Below are positions 26,741 through 39,957 of a stretch of 64,000 bases of DNA, one piece after another (within the stretch, counting starts at the first letter, position 1; each line of letters begins with the position of its first letter). The notes under the pieces are model-generated. The model saw only the letters and a program-made list of their open reading frames with translations, made no database searches and was not told where the DNA came from. Position numbers and translations under genes: made by a program. This DNA is from Asterias rubens (Eukaryota), in the NCBI RefSeq assembly GCF_902459465.1, contig NC_047073.1:7316001-7380000 (forward strand), read 5' to 3'.

Positions 26741-28345
26741 TTAATCCTCTAGGAAATCTTCCATCAATTTAAAGGGAATAAGTATGTTTGGAAATCACTC
26801 TTAAAGCAATCGCACAGCATCGGTAAACAGTATTGTCCAAAGGCCCACACTTCGAAGACGGGTGGTAAGGTTCCCAAGCAAAATTTGCATGAGCGATTCA
26901 TGGGAGCAGCTATCTAAGATGTTGTTGACCTCTGACCTCACAATTTTGTTTTTTTCTGTGTGTTTTTTTAAAGACAATGCGACACTACATACAAGAACTA
27001 TTACAACGTATAACAAGAAAAACAAATTTGCCCGCAATTTGTCATTAACTTCTTTTAATTTACTGTATTGAACCGTATAAGTTTAAGCACTTTTGCATCC
27101 CAAAGACATGTTAAACACAATGCATAAGAACTATATTTTGTCACCGAAGGCGTTAGCAGTCTGTTCTCTTGTTTTCTTTTTCTTCTTTTGTTGGCAACCC
27201 CTGCCCTCGTTTCATGGCCTCTTCCAAAAAAAATGCCACAGTCATTTCGCCTTCCCTGGATTATCAGCCTTTGTCTCAACCTGATTAAGATCTTAAAAAC
27301 AATAAACCCTTAGCTTCCTTTTCTCTCTTGTCACTAGTTCACACTCCCCACCAATCCCAAGACAGTTGAGAGGGGTTTTGTCCTTTTTTGTGCTCCGTTT
27401 TCACTGCTGTACTCCACCCCCGTCTGTATCCGACGTATTGTTCAGAACGGAAACAGACAAAAGAACACCAATTATTATTTCACTTAACACAGAAGGACCC
27501 TTGGGGCTACGCAGAAGGGGGGGGGGGGTGACAGACAAGAGGGGGTTTCAAAGAAGTAACAGTTTTAAGAAAACAATTATTGAAGGAACTAGTCGATTTA
27601 TGCATTGTGTTTTCTACTGTTAAAATAAAACAATGTACTTGTATAATCATCTAAATTTCTCACGCACGACTCTTGTGTAAACTATTATTAGTATTAGGTG
27701 AGGTTACACGAATATTATTTTGGCCACCAGGTTCAAATTGTGAAGTTATATAGCAAACAAATTACAGACACATTCAAAATGACTGTCAATGCTTGTTATT
27801 CTGTATATTTTCTTTCCTCTTGGTTGCAAAAACCGAAATCATCTGTTGCTGGAGTTTTTTTTTTTTTTTTTTCGATTTCCAGATAAAGTTTTCTCGAATA
27901 TGATTTCAGTTCAGAGGGGATATTATTTCACACAAAAAAAGGTTTCTTATTTTAACTTTCTAAGTAGTAAGCTTTCAGAATAGACAAGAATCAAACATTG
28001 ATGTTTTTATCTTTACCAATCATGTTTAAACGCATTAGGCAGAACCAAATTTAAAACACGCCGTGATATCTGACTAATTTGCGGGGAGACAGAGTGCCTG
28101 ACTGGGCCCTCCTCTCGCGTAGATTCTCACCCTTCTTATCGCTACGTGGTTCTCTGAGAAACAATATCCCAAGAGATTCCAAGAAATTAACAAGATTTAT
28201 AGTTGTCACACATATTTAATCTGATATGTTTCAATAATTTTTTTAAATAGCGTAGTATATAACGTTTCACTGCCGGTCGTGTGGTATGACTGGTGGCGAT
28301 AAAACGCGATGGGTCAGATCGAAGCGTAGCATCCCGCGGTCTAGA

Positions 28346-28839
28346 CCGGTGTGGCGGTTTCAGTCTTCCGCCGTGTTCAGTTTTCCGGGTGACGTAGCCG
28401 GACATTTCACCACGTTGTTCGAACGGTTTAAGCTTTCCGGCGTTTTCAGTTTTCCGGGTGACGTAGCCAGAATACCGCCGCGAGTACCCTGGCGAGTACT
28501 GTAGTTCTCTGGGTGACCCCAAATTGTTTATTATTACGATTCTTTTCTGTTTAGTCACATTCTCTTGCCCCATCTTTACACGTATTCATGCGTACAACTT
28601 TAAGCAGGTCACACTGCTTGTGCCACACCAACATTCTCTCATACGATCCACGCGTTCGCCGCTCGTTGTACTCGTGGACGCCGCCATGACAGCTACCGGA
28701 GAGTAACACGGATGACTCAATACAGCACTAAAAATTGACTACTTTTGCTTGTTGTGCGCAGGCATCGCATGACGTAATGTTACCGTATTTGGTCATTCGG
28801 AAAACTGAACACGGCGGAAAGTTGAAACCGCCACACCGG
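28346..28839. mobile_element. CpG-rich TIR element of unknown superfamily
   Basis: About 48-bp inverted repeats beginning CCGGTGTGGCGGTTTCA; internal 24-bp direct repeat TTCAGTTTTCCGGGTGACGTAGCC. Confidence 0.65.
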
Positions 28840-29365
28840 GCTTATGTAGAGGCCAACACGGAACAAGGAAGCCCCGTTTTCGAACATCTTCGCGTTCAGA
28901 AGAAAATGCTCTTAGCATACATTGAATACAGGTTTCATGCACTCCCGAGTAGAGTATAATACATTGTTGGTAAACTTCTTAAGTTTCTCTCAGATTCAAG
29001 GCAAATGGAGTCTTAATAGATGTAAATTTGCAGCGGGATAAAGAATATTTATTTTGGTTTTACCTTATAGGTCTATACACCGATATGTGTTAGCACGGTG
29101 TACTCGGTACTTTCCTGAGCTCTATGTAAAAACAAAAATCTTAGGAAGAAGTCTTGTTTTTATATACTAAATGTCCTTAGGATGTATGTTTTGTAGAAGT
29201 TGTTTCAAAAGCGGAAACAGCCGATCTGTATATCTCAGTAATTCTGTATACATGTGACAAGTTGTGGCTAAAATGTACGTGCTTTTTTCCCTCGTGAAAT
29301 TCTTGGCGCGCATTCGAAACAAGTCAGAAAAGGATTCCGTGCGAATTATTTAAAGTTATACGATT

Positions 29366-29731
29366 ATTATTGGTAATTGCTCAAAATAATTCTTAGCATA
29401 ATAACTTGCTTGCTAACGAGCAATGGAGAACTGTTGAATGCCACATTGTGAAACTGAGAAACTGCTCTGTTTAAAGTAGCATAGTATATTGCGAAAGAGG
29501 TAATTTCTCACTCAAATAATTAAAGACTTCGGGCCTGAAGCCTAATATTATGCATCCCGAAAGCACACAAAGCAATGTAACAAGGGTGTTGGTTTTTTCT
29601 TTCAATGTTATCTTGCAAATTCGATGACCAACTTGGCCCAAGTCTTCACAGGTTTGTTATTGTATGCATATGTTGAGATACATTAAGTGAAAATACATTT
29701 CTTTGACAATTGTCAAAGGCGTCCGGTGCCT
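29366..29731 (-). mobile_element. Kolobok-type MITE family A, short-palindrome subtype
   Basis: Homology to 4184-4478 and 9048-9575; TTAA at 29732. Confidence 0.75.
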
Positions 29732-30416
29732 TTAAAGCACGACCTTGGCACGTATTCGCGTGTTTCTTTGCTATCCTGAGATAGTGTAAAACGACCACCA
29801 AGTGCAATGTCTTAATTATAGAGATGAAGATATCTCAGAAGTAAAATGAAAATAATAAATCAGAACATTTCCCAGATTCGTCGACGTGTTCTTGCGTTAT
29901 TAAAGGCTCGTGAGAATGATTTGAACCATCAGATAAAAGTCACACTCTGTAGAAATGTGTTAGAAATGTATAACTATCGTTTTTAATTGGGAAATGTTAA
30001 AGCTACTAAGACTTATCAATTGCGTTATTGTGTGTATATACTCTGATAAATGTAAGTTCTAATAACTCTTCACAGGGATGGGTAACGATTACTTTTGGTC
30101 TGTTTGTTTATTTTGTTGGGATGGTCTTCCCATAAACTCCCACAAGGGGATAACAACACCTCGATGGCACCAGCCAACTCTACATACATCTCGTATACAG
30201 ACATTGGTTTGACGTCTGTAAAATTGCACAAATCAAGAAATTGCAATTAAGTAACTAGACGACAATACATTCTGGTCATTCTGAAATCAGAGGTTAACTT
30301 TGCAGGATTCGAACCCACAACCTTGTGATTTAAAGCCCCGATGGGGACTTTTTGTTCTCTTCTGGTGTTGATGTCTCTACCAATATTACAACCCAATTTC
30401 ATGAAGCTCAGCACGA

Positions 30417-32941
30417 CATTATCATGCCTACCACAATAAGGTTACATTATCATGCCTACCACAATAAGGTTACATTATCATGCCTACCACAATAAGGTTA
30501 CATTATCATGCCTACCACAATAAGGTACATTATCATGCCTACCACAATGAGGTTACATTATCATGCCTACCACAATAAGGTTACATTATTGGCACATTGG
30601 GTGGCACGGTTGGCTTGTGCGTAAAGCACTCGCCTCTCACCAAGGTGACCCCGGTTCGATTCCCGGTCGGGGCCATATGTGAGTTGAGTTGTGCGTTGGT
30701 TCTCTGCTGTGCCACGAGGGTTTTCCAGACTATCCGGTTTTCCTCCCTCAGGAAAAATCAAACACTTTCGATCTTGGCTGTGCTCCGTGGTCATAATGGG
30801 TTGATGTGGCTGGCAGCTGAATGCGCCCTTGCATGCCTGCTTCTCGAACACGTTGTAGCCGCGTCCTTCGCAATTCAGCGTGCTCTTAGCTGCGAGTAAG
30901 GATGATTAGCCCCCCAAATTATAATTATTATTATCATGCCTACCACAATAAGGTTACATTATCATGCCTATCACAATAAGGTTACATTATCATGCCTACC
31001 ACAATAAGGTTATATTATCATGCCTACCACAATAAGGTTACATGATCATGCCTACCACAATAAGGTTACATTATCATGCCTACCACAATAAGGTTACATT
31101 ATCATGCCTACCACAATGAGGTTACATTATCATGCCTACCACAATGAGGTTACATTATCATGCCTACCACAATAAGGTTACATTATCATGCCTACCACAA
31201 TAAGGTTACATTATCATGCCTACCGCAATAAGGTTACATTATCACGCCTACCACAGTAAGGTACATTATCATGCCTACCACAATAAGGTTACATTATCAT
31301 GCCTACCACAATAAGGTTACATTATCATGCCTACCACAATGAGGTTACATTATCATGCCTACCACAATAAGGTTACATTATCATGCCTACCACAATAAGG
31401 TTACATTATCATGCCTACCACAATGAGGTTACATTATCATGCCTACCACAATGAGGTTACATTATCATGCCTACCACAATAAGGTTACATTATCATGCCT
31501 ACCGCAATAAGGTTACATTATCATGCCTACCACAATAAGGTGACATTATCATGTCTATCCCAATAAGGTTACATTATCATGCCTACCACAATAAGGTTAC
31601 ATTATCATGTCTATCCCAATAAGGTTACATTATCATGCCTACCACAATAAGGGTACATTATCATGCCTACCACAATAAGGTTACACTATCATGGCCTATC
31701 ACAATAAGGTTACATTATTATGCCTACCACAATAAGGTTACATTATCATGCCTACCACAATGAGGTTACATTATCATGCCTACCACAATAAGGTACATTA
31801 TCATGCCTACCACAATAAGGTTACATTATCATGCCTACCACAATAAGGTTACATTATCATGCCTACCACAATAAGGTTACATCATCATGCCTACCACAAT
31901 AAGGTTACATTATCATGCCTACCACAATAAGGTTACATTATCATGCCTACCACAATAAGGTTACATTATCATGCCTACCACAATAAGGTTACATTATTAT
32001 GCCTACCACAATAAGGTTGCATTATCATGCCTACCACAATAAGGTACATTATCATGCCTACCACAATAAGGTTACATTATCATGCCTACCACAATAAGGT
32101 TACATTATCATGCCTACCACAATAAGGTTACATTATCATGCCTACCACAATAAGGTTACATTATTATGCCTACCACAATAAGGTTGCATTATCATGCCTA
32201 CCACAATAAGGTTGCATTATCATGCCTACCACAATGAGGTTACATTATCATGCCTACCACAATAAGGTACATTATCATGCCTACCGCAATAAGGTTACAT
32301 TATCATGCCTACCACAATGAGGTTACATTATCATGCCTACCACAATAAGGTACATTATCATGCCTACCACAATAAGGTTACATTATCATGCCTACCACAA
32401 TAAGGTTACATTATCATGCCTACCACAATAAGGTTACATTATCATGCCTACCACAATAAGGTTACATTATCATGCCTACCACAATAAGGTTACATTATCA
32501 TGCCTACCACAATAAGGTTACATTATTATGCCTACCACAATAAGGTACATTATTATGCCTACCACAATAAGGTTACATTATCATGCCTACCACAATAAGG
32601 TTACATTATCATGCCTACCACAATAAGGTTACATTATCATGCCTACCACAATGAGGTTACATTATCATGCCTACCACAATAAGGTACATTATCATGCCTA
32701 CCACAATAAGGTTACATTATCATGCCTACCACAATAAGGTTGCATTATTATGCCTACCACAATAAGGTTGCATTATCATGCCTACCACAATAAGGTTACA
32801 TTATTATGCCTACCACAATAAGGTTGCATTATCATGCCTACCACAATAAGGTTACATTATCATGCCTACCACAATAAGGTTACATTATCTTGCCTACCAC
32901 AATAAGGTAATACATTATCATGCCTACCACAATAAGGTTAC
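30417..32941. repeat. Satellite, 28-bp unit ATCATGCCTACCACAATAAGGTTACATT, about 75-80 copies
   Basis: Highly homogeneous tandem array, interrupted once by a SINE. Confidence 0.97.
30591..30934 (+). mobile_element. Full-length tRNA-derived SINE with a V-SINE-like central domain, inserted in the satellite
   Basis: A-box TGGCACGGTTGG 30602; B-box GGTTCGATTCC 30653; central GGGTTTTCC..CCGGTTTTCCTCCC; (ATT)n tail. Confidence 0.85.
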
Positions 32942-33874
32942 CTGCTTAATTACCATCATGTCATATGTACAATATGTTTAACTGGCATGCTTGCGTTTGC
33001 TTAAGAATTATTGTTAAGCATCATTCTCTGCTTAAGCAGCTCTAAGCAATCGGGCCAAGGTCCTAACGGTCACAAAATTCGCATTATTTCAAAATACCGG
33101 AGTTTGCGTCTATATACGTGATGGTCTTCAGTCGCGACTGGGGGAACCTGGGTCCCGACACACGGTAAGGTTCTACGGTATGAGCTTGCCATGAAACAAA
33201 CCTTCTCAGACATCACGTATGGGTTTCTAAATGACTTTTTCCAAAGGATAGACTTTGTGGATACCCCCAAAAGCCCCCCCCCCCCCCCCCCCCCCCCCCC
33301 CGTCTGCACCCACTCATTAGCCCTCAGTGACATACCGGAATAATTAGTGACCCCCTCCCCCTCAAAAAAAAAAATTAATAAATAAAAAATATAAAAAAAT
33401 AAGGATTTAGATATACTTGTGATGAAAATCCACCAAATCACTGGCCTAGATCCGCGTTGATAAGTTGAACAAATTTTCAATTTCAAACATTTTTGTAAAC
33501 TTTTTTTATCAGAATTGTTCAATTATAGCTTTTAAGCTATTAAAATAAGTGATCTATTGAACAAAAATTACCGTTGCAGGACGTTACAATGGTTAAAAAA
33601 GTTACCGGTTTTTGGCGCGATATGAAAAGATCTTATATTTATGGTGTCCCGGAGATACAAAATAAATGCAACTGAATTGAGCCTGGAAACTAAACACTCA
33701 TCAGACAATTTTAACTCAACTTCAAGACTGAACCTCAACCAAGTGTCAAGTTACATTAATTTAAATACCTGAAAAAAACATATATCTTGAACCACACAAT
33801 CAATCATTCAATATGTATGCATCTTCGGAGAGGTCATCCAAAATAGAAATGAAACAGACATGACACCATTTGAC

Positions 33875-33898
33875 CATGGAGCTTTTTATAGCTCCGTG
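33875..33898. mobile_element. 24-bp CAT..GTG palindrome with 7-bp TSD (P-superfamily footprint or micro-element)
   Basis: CATGGAGCTTTTTATAGCTCCGTG flanked by ATTTGAC / GTTTGAC (one mismatch). Confidence 0.7.
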
Positions 33899-34196
33899 GT
33901 TTGACCTTGACTTCTGGTCAAAACCTGAAGTTTAAGTGAAAATAATAAGTAAATACAAAAACCTTGATTTTAGCTATGTGGCCAAAGTGAAATGAAATTG
34001 TAATATGGTTTATGTGTTTCAATGTACTATAATTACCCTTTTTTCTTTTTCTTTTTCAATTAATTCAAACGGTTGCGTCATTACATACACAGCGCCCTCT
34101 GGCGACATTATTTCAAAAAGATTACCAGTTCACGAACAAAAAAATCACACAAAAAATCACATATCGAAGAAAGGTTTAGCCCAAATGTGGTAACAC

Positions 34197-34221
34197 CATA
34201 GAGAAAGGTCCCTTTTCTATG
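34197..34221. mobile_element. 25-bp CAT..ATG palindrome with 7-bp TSD
   Basis: CATAGAGAAAGGTCCCTTTTCTATG flanked by GTAACAC twice; empty paralogous site at 62685-62691. Confidence 0.85.
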
Positions 34222-35206
34222 GTAACACCATGTAATGATAATATCTAGATGAGTTGGGGGTTCTGAAAAGAACCGTTGGTTTCAACGACTGTTTTAAAAG
34301 GAGCTTTCACTGTGTGAAAGAGAGAGACGTTAAAATTGGTCACTCGTTTGCCTTAAGCTCACATGGATTAAATAATTAATGTTCACATTGCAAAGGAAAA
34401 AACTTGGATTAAAACTGGAAAGTTCAACATAGTTTCCTTTGTAAATGTAACATAACAAAAGGCCCTACTTATCAGGACCAATGACAATTGAAGACTTAAA
34501 CCCATCACTATCCAACGATTATCTTTAGGGTCAATATTGCGGTCGCATAAAGGTTGACCACAGATTATTATGAGCCTAACCCCCGTCACCGACGTCACAG
34601 ATGTCATCTTCACATGATCCCGCATGCAAACAAACTAAAACCCAAACACTAAACTGATTATAAATGCAACTCATTCATGACAAATAAATGGTTGGTCAAA
34701 TTCGAAGTTAATTTCTAAAAGTACATACGTAGCCCCAATACCTTTCATTGCAGCAACATTATGTACATGGTCCTCAAGCAACAAAAAAAAAAAAAATGAT
34801 AATAGGCCCTACATGCAACTGATTTCAGGTGTAGTTTTCTGATACAAGGGCACCACTTTATACGATGGATTCAGAAAACCAAAGTTGAACTCTTTTTTGT
34901 CGATTCTGTGCAAGTCTACAAGCTTGAATTTATTCATTTTCGCAGACTTTGTAGGATTGTGTTCAACTTATCTTATAGCACTCCGACATGAACAAATAAT
35001 ATATAAGAGATAATAAATTGAAGCTTTGCAATGGTGAGGATCAAAAGAAAAACTGTAGTTTTTAAACGTGCTGGTGTAAATACAACTCTTTTGGCTGAAG
35101 TGTTGGCTCTGGAAGTAACCGGTGGTCTCAGTATACTATTCTTATCTTCAGGAGAAAAGACAGATACTTTTCCAAAACTCGAGACCACTTTTTTGTCTCC
35201 TCCAAC

Positions 35207-35242
35207 CATGGAGGAAACTGTTTTCTTCTTTCTTCCCCTATG
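35207..35242. mobile_element. 36-bp CAT..ATG insert with 7-bp TSD
   Basis: CATGGAGGAA..TTCCCCTATG flanked by CTCCAAC twice (35200 and 35243). Confidence 0.7.
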
Positions 35243-35578
35243 CTCCAACTCCATGCTCAAACTATGGAGGCAAACCAAATCTTCGAGTCTACCAAAATAG
35301 TTTTATACATGGTTGCACCGGCAAATTGACTCTACCAGTTTCTTTTAGACGTATTGACGTTTGCCCTGCAATCCAACTATCCCCCAAATGCAAATCAGCG
35401 TTAAATCCGGAAGGCAAAGCCCTAAAACCAAATTCAAACATGGTTAGCGTCTTTAATGGTTGACAAATACAGGTATCAGGTTGGCTCTGTATAGTTTGTG
35501 TCCCTGCCATTCACCTCTGTGGACCCCGATTCGAAGAAACTGGGCCTTGCATGTGGATGAGTTTCTAGTCCCTACCTG

Positions 35579-35799
35579 GGCCCAATTTCATAGAGCTGCT
35601 AAGCACCAAAGTTTGCTTAGCATGAAATTGCTCCCTTGATAAAAACAGGATTACCAACCAAATTTCCTTTTGTTGCATATTGCTTGTTACTGGTATTCAG
35701 CTGCTGTTTGCTTATTCTGAAAATCATGTGGAAATTTGGTTGGGAAGTAATTTCATGCTAAGCAAATTTTTGTGCTAAGCAGCTCTATGAAATTGGGCC
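35579..35799. mobile_element. Harbinger-like MITE (GGCCCAATTTCATAGAGCTGCT TIR) inserted in a V-type SINE remnant
   Basis: Near-perfect TIRs; CTG/CCG flanks; rejoined flanks read GCATGTGG..CCCTAC..TGCGTGGGTTTCCTCCC. Confidence 0.8.
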
Positions 35800-36620
35800 C
35801 CGATTGCGTGGGTTTCCTCCCTCATCTGAAATATCTGGATATTTCTTTTCGTTTCTCATTAATCATGTTATTGGCGCTGGATGTGCAATAAAATAAAATA
35901 AATCAAAACCTTGGCACGATACAAACTATACAGTACGTGGCCAACCATATCAACTATGCTATTCAGTGTGGAATGTGCAAGTGTGACGTCAATGAAGCTG
36001 GTGTGTTTGTTTTGTTACCCTGGGTTACGGGGGATTCCCCATTTGCGGTTTGATTGCAAGGCTAGTCTCTGTTTGGACGATTGCATCTGTATACAATATT
36101 TGTTTCATTGGTTCCTGTTTTATGTTTCTGGATTATTCTGCCTTTCTATAAAATGTTTGTAGGGGGATGATAAGTTCTGAAGTTGCTGGAAGTGAATGTT
36201 GTTTTATGTTGTTTTGTGACATGTGACATCATCCGTTCTCAAAAGAGTCACAGAACATGGACTTCCTGCAGGCACAATTGACATACAACTCAATGGAACA
36301 CAATGGACGGAAATATTGAATATAATACCGATGGAGATCTACCCCTGTCTGTTTTTTTTTTTCAATTTTTAAAATGAATAAAAAGGAGGCACATTTCAAA
36401 ACTTGTTTCCCTATCCTTCCACCGCTTCAACCACTCTTGTCACAGCCACCAACCCCGTTACAAACTAATAAGTATAATACACATTTCGCAAAATGAACAA
36501 GGGCGATACCTAAAATCATGCTCCAACCAACAGTTCTATCCAAAACAAAATACTTTGCTCAGCGAACAAGGTGTTGGAGGTTCTGTATATTTACTCTCTG
36601 TCGTGAAAAAAAAGTGTTAA

Positions 36621-36975
36621 AGCCATTATACACTTTCGGCACAGAAAAAAAAGTTCACAGATTTACAAATAACTTACAGGGTTTACAGAAGGTAATGATG
36701 AAAGATTTCTCTTGAAATATTATTCCATGAAATGCTTTACTTTTCGAGAAAACATTTATCAATTGTCGTTGTCGAGAATTACGGATTTATTTTAAACACA
36801 TGTCATGACACGGCGAAACGTGCGGAAACAAGGGTGGGTTTTCCCCGTTATTTTCTCCCGACTCCGATGACCGATTGAGCGTAAATTTTCACAGGATTGT
36901 TATTTTTTATATCAGTTGTGATACACGAAGTGTGGGCCTTTGGACAATACTGTTTACCGAAAGTGTCCAATGGCT
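36621..36975 (-). mobile_element. Kolobok-type MITE family B
   Basis: TTAA at 36617 and 36976; inverted homologue of 15863-16234. Confidence 0.85.
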
Positions 36976-37107
36976 TTAATACACAATTTACACATTAAGT
37001 CAACTTCATTTGCAAGAACCTTCTTTCATAAAAACTAACACTTCTATAAAAAAGGGTAATACTTGGCTCAACGAAAACAGTTTTGCTCACCACTAAAATA
37101 ACATTAA

Positions 37108-37447
37108 AGGAACACGTTGACCTGGATCGGACGAGTTGGTCTGTAAAAAGCGTTTGGAACCGTTTGTTATAAAATGCATATGACGAGAAAGATGTTGTAA
37201 AAGTAGAATGCAATGATCCACAAAAATTTGCCTCAAAATTGCGTGGTTTTCCTTTTACTTTGCGAACTAACACGGTCGGCCATTCAAGGGAGTCAAAAAT
37301 TTGACTCCCATAAATGGCCGACCGTGTTAGTCGACGAGGTAAAAGGAAAACCGTGTAATTTTACAACATATTTCTAACCATATGCATTCTATAACAAACG
37401 GTTACAAACGCTTTACCAACTCGACCGATCCAAGGCAACGTGTTCCT
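37108..37447 (+). mobile_element. Kolobok-type MITE family D inserted into a ~147-bp tandem repeat (37020-37640)
   Basis: TTAA at 37104 and 37448; flanking units CATAAAACTAACACTTCTATAAAA recur at about 37028 and 37519. Confidence 0.8.
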
Positions 37448-39957
37448 TTAAACGCAATTTACACACTCATGTATGAAACCACAACCACAAAATAATGTAG
37501 TTTTGAGGTAAGTCCTCTCATAAAAACTAACACTTCTATAAAAGGGTAATAATTGGCCCAAGCAAAAAGGTTTTGCTCACCATGAAAAAAAACAATTAAT
37601 ATGCAATTTACACATTCATGTATGAAACCACAACCAGATTGTGGTTTAGGGGTTAGTCAACTGCATTATGCATGAAACCTCCCTCAATAGGACGAAAAAG
37701 AACATTGCTTTTTGTCACAGAGAAGGTGCGTTTGGCAATCACTCACGTATACATCTACAGTTATATAAGATTCCAACAATTTTAATAAAACTTTTGAATT
37801 TATTTCAAATTAAAAAAAAACACCAGACAACCAGCCACAAGTAATACACATTGCTTAATATTGGCTAGTGATCAAACAAAAACATTACGGAATCAGGTTC
37901 GTCCAGCCTGCTGGTGTAGGTAATACACAAACGAGGACAATGGGGCCTGTTGAATAAAGGTCCCCAGTTGGAGAGTGTGTACAAAACTAAAGGTTCCCAG
38001 TTGGAGAGTGTGTACACAACTAATGGGGAACTGTTGTTAAAAAGTACAAACAAAAGAAGGACAAAAGGAGGTCCCTGGTTACATAAATTTGATTGCAGGT
38101 GGTTTTCACACGACGTCTTGAGCGAAGTTTTATGAAGAACCGTGTGAAACAGCTCACATCGGCCTTATGGTTTCACTAAACAAAAAGTTGTATAAAAGAG
38201 AGTTCATATTATGGTGTGTTCATGTTTTATGTCTGACTTGGCGCTTCATATTTATACGAACAGCAAGTCATGATGCAAATAGAAGCTTCCCACATGTTGC
38301 AGCAAAGTTCCCCCTGATGGAATTTACAACATTAAAACAACAATCGCAAAGTCATAACTTCACTGTATAAATTTGCTTAATAAAGCTAACATTCCTGCTA
38401 TGGTAAGTAGGTGCTGTGTATGTTTGACTACGGATCTAGTTCGGAAGGTCGGGGCCAATCGGACGGACTTTTGAAAGATTTGGCTTGCTATCAAACACAC
38501 ACGGGACCAAGTTATTACGCCAGCTCTATCTTCAACCCCATGCGTTAGAAACCATGGAGGAAAGATGCTCAGCTGTGCCGTACACAGTTGCAACTTTTGA
38601 TATTTTTTTAAAGTGTTAGATGTTCTATTTCTACCTCCATGTTGTTACTCATTAGTTTGTCCTGTTCCACTTCTTTCATAAAGATGACATAAACAGTGGT
38701 TAACAAGTACGGTTATCTTATTCACAAATTTCATGTTGGTTTTCGGGGTTTTAATGAGCCCCTACTTCTATATTTGTCACTGTACATTTTATTACCAGAG
38801 TATACACCTGTTTTAACCCGTTTGTGTCGTGTATATAGTAGGATCCCGCATGTCAGGCCTCTGGGATGTATAGGTCATTGCTGGTAAGCAGTTTGCAAAA
38901 AACCTCAACTCAGCTTGTTTTGTTTTAGACCATATATTTTTCCAGACCAATTTAGAAATCCAAAAACAAAGAGAACACACGTGGTGAACATTCACAAGAT
39001 GCTGCAGGGAAGGGAGGGAGGGGGTTACTGTTGTGTGTTGAGGAGGGGGAATTCTCACTCATTCTCTTATAGGTCCCATGCACTTTCCCCGAAGCTTTAC
39101 CAACTTCCCCCCTCACCCCAACCTTGGCATTAACCTTCAAGTTCGCCGTGATACGGTGCCGCCAAGTCGCTGCGTACCTTGGCCTGTCACGCAAGCTGGC
39201 GCGGCCTGCGCAATTCTGCTGAAAGATTGCTTGGTCTTCAGTGACCCACTACTGCTTATCTAATCTCAGAACCATGAGACCCCCCCCCCCTCCTCCAACT
39301 TCCTCCTACCATGCTCTTACCCCTGTCCAATTTAAAGCAATATTACCGACTTTGTGTTTACATAACGAAACCGTTGCTGTCAGTGTAAGCTGACTCCACC
39401 ATATACATAAACTGGCAAACCGCCTCCTGGCTAACGAGAAAATAGTCGAAAACCGATTGAAGTCGGCTATTCAAAACTGAGGGTTGGATTTAAGAGTCCA
39501 CATCTGTGTTAACAAAAGGAGTGTGGTAATGAGCTTTCCCTGCGTACAATACTGGTCAATGTGGGAAATTGAACAAATTGTATAGTATACATTCCAAATA
39601 AATAAAAAAAATCGAAAACTAGGCTGTAAAAGTTTAGAGATGTGCCTCCTTTCTGCATGACAAAAGTGTAACTTTTGAATTTCTAAATTGTTGTGTTCTC
39701 CAAAGGGTTCAGAAGTGGCCGAATGAAGGCAAATGCTCAGTGTGGCACTCTTGTTAACATGAGTGTATGAAATATCAATCAAAAATATAACCTGTGCGAT
39801 ATTTTTCTGCCAGAAGGAAATATCACTTGTATTATGTGAAAGCAAGCAAACAAACAGCTTTGCCATTTTTATTTGAAAAACATTGGTTTTAGGCCTATGA
39901 ACAGATAATTTGCCAGTTGCGTGCATTGGATGTTTTGAATCAAAATTAAATAATTTG

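Larger units (their letters stand above)
30390..33056. mobile_element. Harbinger-like MITE (GGCCCAATTTCAT family) inflated by an internal satellite
   Basis: Left CCCAATTTCATGAAGCT and right CTTAAGCAGCTCTAAGCAATCGGGCC match the TIRs of the intact relative at 35579-35799. Confidence 0.65.

Noticed and set aside
30591-30670. tRNA gene
   Set aside because: A- and B-boxes are present but there is no convincing cloverleaf or terminator; it continues into a SINE body and (ATT)n tail
30417-32941. CRISPR array or coding repeat
   Set aside because: Homogeneous 28-bp satellite with a stop-rich frame and no spacers
33070-33522. 150-aa ORF with poly-Gly
   Set aside because: The Gly run comes from a C homopolymer; low-complexity AT-rich sequence with no domain
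35289-35510. piggyBac-like transposase (GDSW..GLPP)
   Set aside because: Spacing and downstream motifs (W.D, YN..MGGVD) are absent
38553-38641. 89-bp CATGGAGG..TACCTCCATG pair as a sixth P-type insert
   Set aside because: Flanks TAGAAAC / TTGTTAC match at only 4 of 7 positions, so no TSD can be claimed
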